From positions 26,954 through 90,953 of the forward strand of contig JAHJIW010000010.1 of assembly GCA_018823125.1 (NCBI GenBank): a stretch of DNA of 64,000 nucleotides, written 5' to 3'. The stretch comes from Candidatus Margulisiibacteriota bacterium (GTDB lineage Bacteria > Margulisbacteria > WOR-1 > JAHJIW01). The notes under the pieces are model-generated. The model was not told where the DNA came from, made no database searches, and saw only the letters and a list, made by a program, of their open reading frames with translations. Shown piece by piece: positions 1-10,144 of the stretch; the first letter of the stretch is position 1, and each line of letters begins with the position of its first letter. The translations under genes and the position numbers were made by a program.

Positions 1-29
1 ATCGTCAGTTTTTAGAATAAATTTCAGTT

Positions 30-647
30 TTAAGCGGTGATTTTTATAACTTTATTTTTCAGTGAGGCTAAGGTAGAGTTGTTTTCTAAAATCACTTTGG
101 CTCCGGTTAAAAATTCCTTAACTTTCCCCTGAGATTTCATCAATTTTTTAGCCGAGGATTTATCTACGCCTTTTTTAATCAGTCTTTTTAGGCGGAGCGC
201 TTCTTTGGCAGTTACTGCCCATATTTCATCAACTAATTTATCTAACCCAATCTTTTTAAGAACCGCGGCATTAATTACAATTATTTTTTCGCCGCGATCT
301 TTAGCTTGTTTTACTTCTTCTGCAACTAGATCATATAGCGCCGGATGAACCATGTGATTTAAAGCAACCAGAGTAGCCGGATCGGCAAAAACAATCTTAG
401 CTAACTTGCGACGCGAAACTCTGCCGCCCTTAACTAAAATATCCGATCCAAAACGCCGCACCAAATTACCCCAAATTTCGGTTTGCGGTTTGTATAAAGT
501 ATGCGCCAGCTTATCTACATCAATCACGTAAGCGCGGCGTCTTTTAAACATAGAGGCCACTACACTTTTACCCGCACCTACCGGTCCAGTTAAGCCAATG
601 ATTTTTGTCATAAAAGAAGTATATAACAAGAAGGGATAGGATTTCAA
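30..647 (-). CDS. coaE: dephospho-CoA kinase
   Basis: 205 aa. N-terminal P-loop IGLTGPVGAGKS typical of CoaE. ATGA overlap with upstream comEC. Confidence 0.85.
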   Translation of the reverse strand: MKSYPFLLYTSFMTKIIGLTGPVGAGKSVVASMFKRRRAYVIDVDKLAHTLYKPQTEIWGNLVRRFGSDILVKGGRVSRRKLAKIVFADPATLVALNHMVHPALYDLVAEEVKQAKDRGEKIIVINAAVLKKIGLDKLVDEIWAVTAKEALRLKRLIKKGVDKSSAKKLMKSQGKVKEFLTGAKVILENNSTLASLKNKVIKITA

Positions 648-2965
648 TTTTTCATGGTATTAATTGTGGTTTTTTCACCGTTAGTCTTAATGATTATCGC
701 TCCCTGCAAATCAGTTCGATAAATTTTTGCACCAATTTTTTCCAAATTTTCCAGTGCCGCTTTGTGCGGGTGTCTGAATTTATTTCTTTTACCACAGGAT
801 ATTATTGCAGCGGCAGGCCTGACCGCCTCCAGGAATTCCCACGTAGAAGCGGTTGCACTTCCATGATGGCCGGCCTTTAAAACATCACTTTTTATATTAA
901 AATCCAGTAAAGCGCTTTCGGCTGCGTACTCGGCATCTCCGGTTAAAAGCATGGAAAAATCTTTATACACCACCCTCACGATCACCGAATTGTCATTTAA
1001 ATACGATTCTGAATGAATGAGACCCGGCGGCGGCCCTAATATATAAAAATCAACGTCACCACACATAAAATGATTGCCACATTTCACCACTTCATAATAA
1101 ATATTTTTGTTTTTAATCAGTTTCAATGCTTTGCGATAAGCGTCTGCCGTATGATCAACTCCCGGATCATAAAAAGCTCCTACCTTGATACCCTCCAGTA
1201 CCTCCGGCATGCCTCCCATGTGATCCATGTGCGGATGCGTTAGTATCATCAGCTCCAGCTTATTGACCCCTCTTTTCTTCAAAACCGGCATAACAACCTG
1301 CTTGCCGAATCCTAAGTCCCCCGCATCAATTAAAATATTTTTATTGTTGGGCGTATTAATTAAGATGGCGTCTCCCTGTCCTACATCCAACACCAAAATT
1401 TCCAGCTGTTTTTGTCCGGTAAACCCCGAAACAACAAAAAACAAAACCAGCAGAGCGGTGCCAATTAAAAATGCCGCCTTGCGGCCGCGTTTAAGTAAAA
1501 CCTTAACCATGAAATACATAGCTCCATATAACAACAAAATGACTAATAGGTTAAGCTGAGCAATATTAATCACCGCAAAGGATATTTTTGACATGAAACC
1601 CACAAAATAATCCATCAGAAAGATGCCAAAATAAACCCCTAATCCGAGTAATTTAGAGAGTGGAAGAAAAACGAAAGAAACGATAAGCGCCGCTGCCGAA
1701 AAAATTACTAATCCGCCGACCAAAGGTAAAACCACCAGGTTAGTAACAAAAGCTACTAAAGAAATCTGGTTAAAATTATAGGCGCAGATGGGATAAGTAA
1801 GCAAAAGCGGCGCCAGTGCAATTGAAAATAACATGATTAACCATTTTGGCATTGGAACATTCTGAAACACCTTTTCTGACAATATGGGAGTCACACAAAC
1901 CACACCAACCGTGGCACCAAAAGAAAGCTGAAATGCAGCCGAAAAAAGGTCCAATGGAGATCTGAGTAACACCAAAAAGGCCGCCAGACAAATTGAAACA
2001 AAAAAATCGCGATCACGATCTAAAAACTTAGAAAAAAGAGCCAGTTGAAGCATAACCGAAGCCCGGGCAATCGAAGTTCCTGCGCCGGCCAATAAAAAAT
2101 ACAATCCGTTTAAAAAAGTTAGTACCCAAAAAGAAGTTTTTGAAGATACTTTAAATGAAGCAAGCAGGGCCGCAAACGCACCTACAATAATTCCTAAATG
2201 CATCCCGGATGCCACTAAAAGATGCGCCACCCCCGCCCTTTTATAACGATCCTTAATCTCTCTATCCAGTCCCGCCACTCTCGACCCCAAAAGCATACTC
2301 CCCAACAAATCCCGGTAACCGGGCAAAAAGCGTTCTATTTTATGTTTAATTTGCTGCTGAAGAGAAAAAATCAGGTTTTCAAAAAACGGGGGCTTCCCTC
2401 TTTTTAATAACTCAATTTCTTTTGGCTGGATAAATATTTTTTTATAAATTCCCTGGCTGAAATTATATTCTTCAAGCGAAAAGCCAATCGGATTAGTTTT
2501 TTCCTCAAAATCAACCACTACCCCGCGTACTTTGACCAGATCTCCCAGTCCAACACCATTTAGTTCACCTTTACACGATATTTGTATTTTTCCGGAGGCC
2601 TTAGATAACTTTTCAGCAGCAAGTTTGCGCTTTGCCTCCAGCAAAAAATTAGTATTGCCATATGACGAAACTTCCGGTCTTGTACCAATTTTCCCAATCA
2701 GGGTGATCGTTGTTCCGTTTTTTAGCTTCCCCACGCTGTGCTCAGGTAAAATCACTTCAAAACTTAAGCGAAACATCCCTAAAAGAAAAAATAAAAAGGC
2801 TAAAACCAAAATGAAATAACGGGTTTGCTTTAATAACACAAAAAGCAGACCAAGGAAAACCATCAGCAGTATAAAGATAGCTACCGGAGGTATTAAAAAA
2901 ATTCTTTCAGCAATTATTCCAACGAAGAATGCTAAAAGCAAGATCAAGAGGGGTTGGATTTTCAC
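644..2965 (-). CDS. comEC: DNA internalization competence protein ComEC/Rec2 (competence domain plus metallo-beta-lactamase domain)
   Basis: 773 aa. Many N-terminal TM helices. C-terminal MBL motif HPHMDHMGG. Overlaps comEA by 4 nt. Confidence 0.85.
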   Translation of the reverse strand: MKIQPLLILLLAFFVGIIAERIFLIPPVAIFILLMVFLGLLFVLLKQTRYFILVLAFLFFLLGMFRLSFEVILPEHSVGKLKNGTTITLIGKIGTRPEVSSYGNTNFLLEAKRKLAAEKLSKASGKIQISCKGELNGVGLGDLVKVRGVVVDFEEKTNPIGFSLEEYNFSQGIYKKIFIQPKEIELLKRGKPPFFENLIFSLQQQIKHKIERFLPGYRDLLGSMLLGSRVAGLDREIKDRYKRAGVAHLLVASGMHLGIIVGAFAALLASFKVSSKTSFWVLTFLNGLYFLLAGAGTSIARASVMLQLALFSKFLDRDRDFFVSICLAAFLVLLRSPLDLFSAAFQLSFGATVGVVCVTPILSEKVFQNVPMPKWLIMLFSIALAPLLLTYPICAYNFNQISLVAFVTNLVVLPLVGGLVIFSAAALIVSFVFLPLSKLLGLGVYFGIFLMDYFVGFMSKISFAVINIAQLNLLVILLLYGAMYFMVKVLLKRGRKAAFLIGTALLVLFFVVSGFTGQKQLEILVLDVGQGDAILINTPNNKNILIDAGDLGFGKQVVMPVLKKRGVNKLELMILTHPHMDHMGGMPEVLEGIKVGAFYDPGVDHTADAYRKALKLIKNKNIYYEVVKCGNHFMCGDVDFYILGPPPGLIHSESYLNDNSVIVRVVYKDFSMLLTGDAEYAAESALLDFNIKSDVLKAGHHGSATASTWEFLEAVRPAAAIISCGKRNKFRHPHKAALENLEKIGAKIYRTDLQGAIIIKTNGEKTTINTMKN

Positions 2966-3558
2966 TGCGCAATTATATATTCCTTAATTTTGCTTAGTTT
3001 ACCCGCGCCAATGCCTTTAACTTTTTGTAAATCGGTTAAAGAAGAGAATTTACCGTGTTCTTTGCGGTAGGCCATAATATCCGCCGCCATTTTTTCACCA
3101 ATCCCCTTAACTTTTAACAGCTCGGAAGCGGTGGCCACGTTAACATTGATTTTTCCGTCCTGATTGGCAACCCCGCCGGACTCGCTATGAACATTCTGTT
3201 CAACTGTTATATATGGAATTTCAATCTTCTGGCCGTCTTTTACTTTTTCGGCCAGGTTGATCTTAGATAGATCTGCCTTTTCTTGTAAGCCGCCAGCGGC
3301 TTCCAAAGCTTCATATACACGGGAGGCGGCATCCAGCCTGATAACTCCCTCATTTCTCACTGCACCGGCAATGTAAACCACTACCTGCCCGCGATGAGGG
3401 GCAGCCGCCGGTTTATCTTCCGAATTAGGCGCTTCAGATATCGAATTAAGCACAATTTCATCATTCGACATGCTTTTGCTTAAGAAATACCCGCCGATGA
3501 TCAATAAGATAACTATCCCGGATGCCAAAATAATTTTTTGAGGTTGGGTTAGTTGCAT
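2962..3558 (-). CDS. comEA: competence protein ComEA (membrane-anchored helix-hairpin-helix DNA-binding protein)
   Basis: 198 aa. N-terminal TM anchor. C-terminal tandem HhH (ELLKVKGIGEKMAADI..., LQKVKGIGAGKLSKI). Confidence 0.8.
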   Translation of the reverse strand: MQLTQPQKIILASGIVILLIIGGYFLSKSMSNDEIVLNSISEAPNSEDKPAAAPHRGQVVVYIAGAVRNEGVIRLDAASRVYEALEAAGGLQEKADLSKINLAEKVKDGQKIEIPYITVEQNVHSESGGVANQDGKINVNVATASELLKVKGIGEKMAADIMAYRKEHGKFSSLTDLQKVKGIGAGKLSKIKEYIIAQ

Positions 3559-3663
3559 ATAAATATACTAAGCAACTTTTCTGCCAAAGAGGCTCACGCT
3601 CGAAAGTGAGAAAAAACTGTCGAAAATGAATACAGCTGTAGTGGAAATTGACAGGAAGCTTAA

Positions 3664-4320
3664 TTAGATATTGCGATAAACTTTTAAAATATCCAATATA
3701 TAGTTTTTAGTAGCATCGCGCAGACCGTCAGTCTTTTTAACTGCATTGGGACCGGCTAAATATGAAGCCAGGCCAAGTGGAACCTGCATTTCCTCTCCAT
3801 CCCAGGCAGCCATTAAATATCGCAAATATTTTGAAGTGCCGTCAACATTTTGATCAATATCAAAATAATTTCTAACTCCCATCGAGCGCGCGGTCGAAGG
3901 CATCAACTGCCCTAATCCCTTCGCTCCGTGAGAAGAAACTGCTCTGGGATTAAAACGCGACTCCCGTGCAATTAAGGCACAAAGGAGGCGCGGATTAACA
4001 TTATGCGTTTTGCTGTATTTAAGGATCGCCGAAGAAATTTCCGTAGCATATCCACGATGTGCTTCACGTGCATAAGAAGTAATGAATGTTTTTAAACGTG
4101 TCTGTGAAAATGGGATATAGCCTGCCGACGGCATTTGCGAAGCCTGAAATCTTGAGTCAAACAGATGACTTTTGGTTTTTTGCGTACCCGGGGTCACGGT
4201 GGTTTCATAAGCAGGCGGTGTATAAGACGGCTGGGACGTTGGCGCCGGACCACCAGAAGAAAGCGATGAAAAAATTGCAAAAACAAAAACCAGGATAATT
4301 ATGGCACCCGTGCCGTCCAT
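3664..4320 (-). CDS. lytic transglycosylase, SLT domain, membrane-anchored
   Basis: 218 aa. N-terminal hydrophobic anchor. SLT catalytic region ESRFNPRAVSSHGAKGLGQLMPSTA. Confidence 0.8.
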   Translation of the reverse strand: MDGTGAIIILVFVFAIFSSLSSGGPAPTSQPSYTPPAYETTVTPGTQKTKSHLFDSRFQASQMPSAGYIPFSQTRLKTFITSYAREAHRGYATEISSAILKYSKTHNVNPRLLCALIARESRFNPRAVSSHGAKGLGQLMPSTARSMGVRNYFDIDQNVDGTSKYLRYLMAAWDGEEMQVPLGLASYLAGPNAVKKTDGLRDATKNYILDILKVYRNI

Positions 4321-4322
4321 GA

Positions 4323-6629
4323 TTACCCTCCCATACTAGCTGGAATAGATTTAAAATAGGCGTCCTTTATCTTCTGGGTATCAACATTGATCAGTTTTTT
4401 GCCTTCGCTAACGATTTCTAAAGAATTGCCGCCTACTTTACCAATAATGCTGTACGGAATATTAACATCGGTAAGCAAACCGCGCAGGGCAAAAATATTA
4501 TCGGGATGGAGAGAAACTACAATTCGTGATTGAGATTCACCAAATAAAAGCGCATCTTCCCTGAGTTCTTCACTGACGGAGGCCCCCAGCCCCGCTACCC
4601 CATTTTCGGCATAAGCTAGGCTTTCTGCTAAACAAACTGCCAGCCCACCTTCGGAAACATCATGCGCCGAGTTAATAATGCCGGATTTAATCATTTTAAG
4701 ACAGGCTTGCTGCAGTTGTAATTCAAAAGCTAAGTCGATTTGCGGAGGCATCCCCGCCTTTTGCTTGTGCACTACTTCTAGATATTCTGAACCACCTAAT
4801 TCTTCGCGATTAACCCCTAACAAAACCACAATATCACCTACGTGCTTAAAGCCCATGGTCGTATGGGGTGCTTCTTTGCCGTCTTTACCGGTAATCAGCC
4901 CCAACATTCCAATCACCGGGGTCGGCATAATCGGATTGCCAAAACTTTCGTTGTAAAAGCTGACATTACCGGAAATAACCGGAACGTTAAACATCTCGCA
5001 AGCTTTGACCATCCCTAAAACTACCTGCTCAAATTGATAAAAGATTTCGGGTTTTTCGGGATTTCCAAAATTTAAACAGTTGGTCAAAGCAATCGGAGTT
5101 GCGCCCGAACAAATTAGATTGCGGGCCGCTTCGGCTACCGCAATTTTCCCGCCGGTAATCGGATCGAGGTAACAATATTTGCCGTTTCCATCCACGGTCA
5201 GGGCAATTTTATTAGGAGTTCCTTTCACCCGCAAAACCGAAGCATCCGCTTTGCCGGGAAGTACCAGCGTATTGATTTGAACCATATGATCATATTGCTC
5301 GTAAACCCAGGCCTTATTAGCAATATTAGGAGAAGACAAAAGTTTTAAGAATTCGGCGTTATAATTTCCTTTTTTGAGTTTAATTTTTTTGAGATTTAAT
5401 TTTTGAACACTACTTAAATACGATGAGCGTCTGGATTTTCGCTCATAAACCGGAGCGTTATCGGCTAAAGACTCAGCCGGAACTTTGGCTACCGTTTTAC
5501 TGCCGATTTTAACTTTTAAGTTTTTGTCTTTGGTTACTTTGCCGATTTTAATCGCGTGTAAACCATATTTAGCAAAAATCTTTTTAACCTTGGCTTCGGC
5601 GCCCTTTTTAGATACTACTAACATACGTTCTTGCGATTCAGAAAGCATGATTTCGTAAGCCGACATATTTTCTTCACGCAAAGGAACTTTAGCCAGATCA
5701 ATTTCAATCCCAACCCCACTGCGGGACGCCATTTCAGAAGATGAGCTAGTCATCCCTGCCGCCCCCATATCCTGCATTCCAACTACATAACCGGTACGGA
5801 TAAGTTCCATACAAGCTTCGATCAGCATTTTTTCGGTAAAAGGATCCCCCACTTGTACGGAAGGACGTTTTTCTTCTGATTTTTCGTCCAATTCAACCGA
5901 AGCAAAGGTTGCACCGTGAATTCCATCCCGCCCGGTAGCAGATCCAACATATAAAACTGAATTCCCTGAGTTACCGGCAGAGGCTTTTACAATTGCGGGA
6001 CCAAATTCGTCTTCCTGGACCTGGCCTTCAACATTTACCGGAGGGCCATCCGTCCTTACAATCCCCACACACATAGCATTTACTAAGCAATTTCCGGAAT
6101 AACTTTCGTCAAAATATACTTCTCCGGCAACGGTAGGCAAACCCAGACAGTTACCATATCCGGCAATACCGGCGACTACTCCCGAAAATAAATAGCGGTT
6201 ACGCGGATCCGAAAGCGGCCCAAAACGCAGCGAATTAAGCGATGCAACCGGTCTGGCCCCCATGGTAAAAACGTCTCTGACGATCCCGCCTACCCCGGTA
6301 GCTGCGCCTTGATAAGGTTCTACCGCAGATGGGTGATTGTGAGACTCAATTTTCATGGCAATGGCCAACCCATCCCCAATATCAACGATACCGGCATTTT
6401 CTCCGGGACCTTGTAATACGTGGGAACCCCGGGTTGGAAATAATTTTAAGAGAGGTTTTGAACTTTTATAAGAGCAGTGTTCTGACCAGAGGACCGAGTA
6501 CATACCAAGCTCAACGATGTTAGGCTTGCGCTTTAAAATTCGACAGATTTTTTTGTATTCAGCATCCGTCAACCCGTGCTGGGCAATAACTTCTTTATCA
6601 ATTTTTACTTTTTTATGCTGAACTGTCAT
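4323..6629 (-). CDS. purL: phosphoribosylformylglycinamidine synthase subunit II (small-type PurL)
   Basis: 768 aa. N-terminal [16 protein letters not shown] motif. AIR-synthase-related duplicated domains. Small-PurL length implies purQ/purS elsewhere. Confidence 0.9.
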   Translation of the reverse strand: MTVQHKKVKIDKEVIAQHGLTDAEYKKICRILKRKPNIVELGMYSVLWSEHCSYKSSKPLLKLFPTRGSHVLQGPGENAGIVDIGDGLAIAMKIESHNHPSAVEPYQGAATGVGGIVRDVFTMGARPVASLNSLRFGPLSDPRNRYLFSGVVAGIAGYGNCLGLPTVAGEVYFDESYSGNCLVNAMCVGIVRTDGPPVNVEGQVQEDEFGPAIVKASAGNSGNSVLYVGSATGRDGIHGATFASVELDEKSEEKRPSVQVGDPFTEKMLIEACMELIRTGYVVGMQDMGAAGMTSSSSEMASRSGVGIEIDLAKVPLREENMSAYEIMLSESQERMLVVSKKGAEAKVKKIFAKYGLHAIKIGKVTKDKNLKVKIGSKTVAKVPAESLADNAPVYERKSRRSSYLSSVQKLNLKKIKLKKGNYNAEFLKLLSSPNIANKAWVYEQYDHMVQINTLVLPGKADASVLRVKGTPNKIALTVDGNGKYCYLDPITGGKIAVAEAARNLICSGATPIALTNCLNFGNPEKPEIFYQFEQVVLGMVKACEMFNVPVISGNVSFYNESFGNPIMPTPVIGMLGLITGKDGKEAPHTTMGFKHVGDIVVLLGVNREELGGSEYLEVVHKQKAGMPPQIDLAFELQLQQACLKMIKSGIINSAHDVSEGGLAVCLAESLAYAENGVAGLGASVSEELREDALLFGESQSRIVVSLHPDNIFALRGLLTDVNIPYSIIGKVGGNSLEIVSEGKKLINVDTQKIKDAYFKSIPASMGG

Positions 6630-6670
6630 AGTCTAAAATTATTCTATAATACTTAGCTTTTAGACACAAA

Positions 6671-8803
6671 TTAATTTATGCAGCGCTTTTTGTCTTCTTC
6701 GGTTACGGCCTTCATTGACAGATTAACCCGGCCCTTCTCGTCAACCTCGATCACTTTAACCCAAACTTCATCGCCAATGTTTACTTTATCTTCAACTTTG
6801 GCAATGCGTTGCGGTGCAATTTGAGAAATATGCACCAAGCCATCTTTTCCGGGAACCATTTCGACAAAGGCACCAAAAGCCATAATCCTCATGACCTTCC
6901 CAAAAAATACGTCACCAACATTAATCTCCATCGTCAATTGTTTAATGATTTTTTCCGCTTTTTTAGCTCCGACCGGATCAGCGGAAGTAATTAAAACCTG
7001 GCCGTCATCATTAATATCGATTTGGACGCCGGTCTCCTCAACAATTTTCTTAATGTTTTTACCGCCCGGACCAATCACTAAGCCGATTTTCTCCGGATTA
7101 ATTTGAATAGACGTAATGCGCGGCGCATACTTTGACAATTCTTCTCTTGGTTTCCCAATAACTTTGGCCATTTCTTTTAAAATTTTCAAGCGGGTATCTT
7201 TGGCTTGATCCAGTGCTTTTTTGACGATTTCCAAAGTTAATCCGTGAATTTTGATGTCCAGCTGAATGGCCGTAATTCCTTTATCGGTTCCGGTTACTTT
7301 AAAATCCATGTCTCCTAAATGATCTTCCAGCCCCTGAATATCAATTAAAGTTACCGCTTTATCACCATCCGTGATTAAACCAATGGAAATTCCGGCTACC
7401 GGCTTTTCCAGCGGAACTCCGGCATCCAGTAAAGCCAAGGTACTGCCACAAGTTGAAGCCATGGAAGTTGATCCGTTAGAGGATAAAACTTCAGAAACCA
7501 ATCGGATCGTATACGGAAATTTTTCTTCCGAAGGCAGCACCGGCACTAATGCCTTTTCGGCTAACGCACCGTGTCCAATTTCGCGACGACCGGGTCCGCG
7601 AATGGGGCGAACCTCTCCAACCGAAAAAGCCGGGAAATTATAATGGTGCATGTAACGTTTAGTTTCGTCTTCAACGTTTAAACCATCAATAATTTGCTCT
7701 TCACCGGCAGCCCCTAGGGTTAATACGGTTAAAACCTGAGTCGTTCCCCGGGAAAAAAGTCCAGAGCCGTGCGCGCGGGGAAGAATACCTACTTCAAAGT
7801 TTAAGTCACGGAGTTCGTCTGCTTTTCTTCCGTCAACCCTTTTTCCGTCTTTAATCACCATTTCTCGGACAATCTTCTTTTCGATCTTGTCAATTACTTC
7901 ACCGATATCATGTGGACGCTCGGTTACTAATTTGGCAATTTCTGCCGAAGCAGTCTTGGCGGTTTCTTTCAGTTCTTCACGGATTTTATCTAATGCGTCA
8001 TTTTGTTTTTCCCGGTCCGTAATCGCCAAAGCTTTTTTAATTTTATCCTGCGCATTAGAAACCACAAATTTTTCGATTTCAGGCAGGGGCACATACATTT
8101 CAAACTCGACCTTGGTAACGCCGACCTCTTTCATGAATTTTTCTTGTACTTCAACCATTTTTTTAATGTGGCTCAGCGCCAACTTGCAAGCTTCCATCAT
8201 TACTTCTTCGGACAGTTGTTTTACGCCGGCTTCAATCATCATAATCTTATCTTTAGTGCCGACGATCACAATATCCAGATCGCTTTCTTTCATTTGATCT
8301 ATCACCGGGTTAGTAATGTACTGATCGCCAATTTTAGCAATGCGGCAGGCTCCTAATGGTCCCGCAAAAGGAACTCCGGCAATCGAAAGTGCGGCCGAAG
8401 CAGCTACAATAGCGGGTACATCCGGCGGATTTTCCTGATCCACGGACAGTGGAGTAATGACCACCTGCACATCATTACGTAATCCTTTAGGGAATAAGGG
8501 ACGAATTGAGCGGTCAATTAACCGGGCAGTTAAAATTGCTTTTTCCGATGGTCTTCCCTCTCTTTTGAAAAATCCTCCCGGAATTTTACCGGCCGCATAC
8601 AGTTTTTCTTCGTAATCAACCAAAAGCGGCATAAAATTTATCCCGGGGCGCTGGGTTTCGGCATAAGAAACCGTTGCCATCACCATGGTATCGCCAATTT
8701 TTACAATTACCGATCCGGCAGCTTGGCGCGCTACCCTGCCCGTTTCTAAACCTAATTTCTTTCCTTCTCCAAAATCCATTTCTATTGTTTTGATTTTTGA
8801 CAT
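6671..8803 (-). CDS. pnp: polyribonucleotide nucleotidyltransferase (PNPase)
   Basis: Two RNase PH domains plus KH plus S1 C-terminus. The ORF extends to 8818, but the Met at 8803 matches the conserved PNPase N-terminus and has an AAAGGA RBS. Confidence 0.9.
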   Translation of the reverse strand: MSKIKTIEMDFGEGKKLGLETGRVARQAAGSVIVKIGDTMVMATVSYAETQRPGINFMPLLVDYEEKLYAAGKIPGGFFKREGRPSEKAILTARLIDRSIRPLFPKGLRNDVQVVITPLSVDQENPPDVPAIVAASAALSIAGVPFAGPLGACRIAKIGDQYITNPVIDQMKESDLDIVIVGTKDKIMMIEAGVKQLSEEVMMEACKLALSHIKKMVEVQEKFMKEVGVTKVEFEMYVPLPEIEKFVVSNAQDKIKKALAITDREKQNDALDKIREELKETAKTASAEIAKLVTERPHDIGEVIDKIEKKIVREMVIKDGKRVDGRKADELRDLNFEVGILPRAHGSGLFSRGTTQVLTVLTLGAAGEEQIIDGLNVEDETKRYMHHYNFPAFSVGEVRPIRGPGRREIGHGALAEKALVPVLPSEEKFPYTIRLVSEVLSSNGSTSMASTCGSTLALLDAGVPLEKPVAGISIGLITDGDKAVTLIDIQGLEDHLGDMDFKVTGTDKGITAIQLDIKIHGLTLEIVKKALDQAKDTRLKILKEMAKVIGKPREELSKYAPRITSIQINPEKIGLVIGPGGKNIKKIVEETGVQIDINDDGQVLITSADPVGAKKAEKIIKQLTMEINVGDVFFGKVMRIMAFGAFVEMVPGKDGLVHISQIAPQRIAKVEDKVNIGDEVWVKVIEVDEKGRVNLSMKAVTEEDKKRCIN

Positions 8804-8818
8804 ATTTTTTCCTTTCAT

Positions 8819-8842
8819 AAAAAAATTGGGGCCTGATGCCCC
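8819..8842 (-). terminator. rpsO-pnp intergenic hairpin plus U-tract (attenuator/terminator, probable RNase III-type leader structure)
   Basis: Minus-strand transcript reads GGGGC-ATCAG-GCCCC followed by AATTTTTTT, 16 nt before the pnp start. Confidence 0.6.
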
Positions 8843-8875
8843 GATAAATTTAAAATTTCAACCTTAAAATATTTA

Positions 8876-9145
8876 TTATTGCCTAATTCCTAATTTTTGG
8901 ATCAAAGACAAATAGCGCTTTGGATTGCATCGATGTAGATATGATAAAAGTTTTTTTCTTTTACTAACCATGTTCATCAGCCCATGCCGGCCGTGTTTGT
9001 CTTTTTTGTGGCCTCTCAGGTGCTCAACCAAACGATTGATTTGCGCAGTTAAAAGAGCAACTTGAACATCACTGGATCCGGTATCGTTGTCTTTTACTTT
9101 AACCTGTTCCATTACCTTGCTTTTAGCATCTTTATTTAACGTCAT
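8876..9145 (-). CDS. rpsO: 30S ribosomal protein S15
   Basis: 89 aa. Characteristic [34 protein letters not shown]. Confidence 0.95.
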   Translation of the reverse strand: MTLNKDAKSKVMEQVKVKDNDTGSSDVQVALLTAQINRLVEHLRGHKKDKHGRHGLMNMVSKRKKLLSYLHRCNPKRYLSLIQKLGIRQ

Positions 9146-9205
9146 TTTTTACCTTCCTGCTTCAATTTTTGCCGCAAAACCAAGTAATTATATACTAATT
9201 CCGGA

Positions 9206-10144
9206 TTATCTGCAAGCCATTGATATATCCCGGCGAATTTGCGCTTTTAGCTTCTCGACATCGGAAAAGTGAATCTCATCCCTGAGCCGGCGCGAAAGCA
9301 CTACCCTTAAGTTTTTACCGCGTAAATTACCTTTAAACTTTATGATGTGTACCTCAACGATAGCCTTACCAGCTCCAAAAGTCGGCCGCGCCCCAATATT
9401 TACACAGCATTTATGTTTATTCTTTCCAACATAAACATGACCTACATAAACACCATAAGCTGGTATAAGTTTTTGTGGATCTAATGCTAAATTAGCCGTT
9501 GGGAAACCCAGCGTGCGTCCCCGCCCCGAACCATTAACTACTTTTCCGGAAAGATGATAAGGATGCCCCAGTAACATGATAGCCTTAGCAAAATCACCAC
9601 GGCTAATCATTTCTCTAATCATTCGGGATTTTATCGCGTGATGATTTGCCGCCACCGGAGGAACCACCGTCACTTCAAATCCATATTTTTTGCCAAGTTT
9701 TTTAAGATGGGCTACATCTCCTGACCGTCCCCGCCCAAAAGCATAATCAAATCCTACAAAAACGTGTTTGACGCCTAATTTACCTACTAAATATTTTTTC
9801 ACAAAACCCGCATTCGATAATTTTTGTACTCTGCGGTTAAAAACAATTACTACCACCCCATCGATTCCGTATTCACAAAAAAGATTTTCTCTTTCCTGTA
9901 GAGTGGTAAGTAAACGCAAACCCCGCTCCGGAACAATTAACTGCTGGGGATGAGGATCAAAAGTAATGGCTAAAGACGCCGTCCCACTCCTTTTGGCATA
10001 AGCAACGGCACCTTTCAGTACTTTTTGGTGGCCGCGGTGTACTCCGTCAAAGGTCCCCAAAGCTACTACACAACCTTTGAGTTTTTTACTGCCCATCGGC
10101 AGCTCCGCCGAGGCGGACTTTTTGGGATGACGGATTATTCTCAT
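9206..10144 (-). CDS. ribF: bifunctional riboflavin kinase / FAD synthetase
   Basis: 312 aa. N-terminal nucleotidyltransferase motif GTFDGVHRGHQ. C-terminal riboflavin kinase domain. Confidence 0.9.
   Translation of the reverse strand: MRIIRHPKKSASAELPMGSKKLKGCVVALGTFDGVHRGHQKVLKGAVAYAKRSGTASLAITFDPHPQQLIVPERGLRLLTTLQERENLFCEYGIDGVVVIVFNRRVQKLSNAGFVKKYLVGKLGVKHVFVGFDYAFGRGRSGDVAHLKKLGKKYGFEVTVVPPVAANHHAIKSRMIREMISRGDFAKAIMLLGHPYHLSGKVVNGSGRGRTLGFPTANLALDPQKLIPAYGVYVGHVYVGKNKHKCCVNIGARPTFGAGKAIVEVHIIKFKGNLRGKNLRVVLSRRLRDEIHFSDVEKLKAQIRRDISMACR

Noticed and set aside
1227-1559. 110-aa plus-strand ORF inside comEC (and many similar 60-140 aa antisense ORFs in the track, e.g. 1776-1991, 2222-2407, 4086-4298, 7887-8356, 22828-23757, 31431-31827, 41428-41844, 62756-63563)
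   Set aside because: Each lies entirely within and antisense (or out of frame) to a long, well-supported conserved gene. They have low-complexity, Cys- or Ser/Pro-rich composition and no RBS. They are typical shadow ORFs.
3575-3610. Hairpin (CTCAC-GCTCGAAA-GTGAG) followed by AAAAAA between the lytic transglycosylase and comEA genes
   Set aside because: The stem is only 5 bp. On the transcribed minus strand the T-run precedes the hairpin rather than following it. It is not a convincing terminator for either strand.
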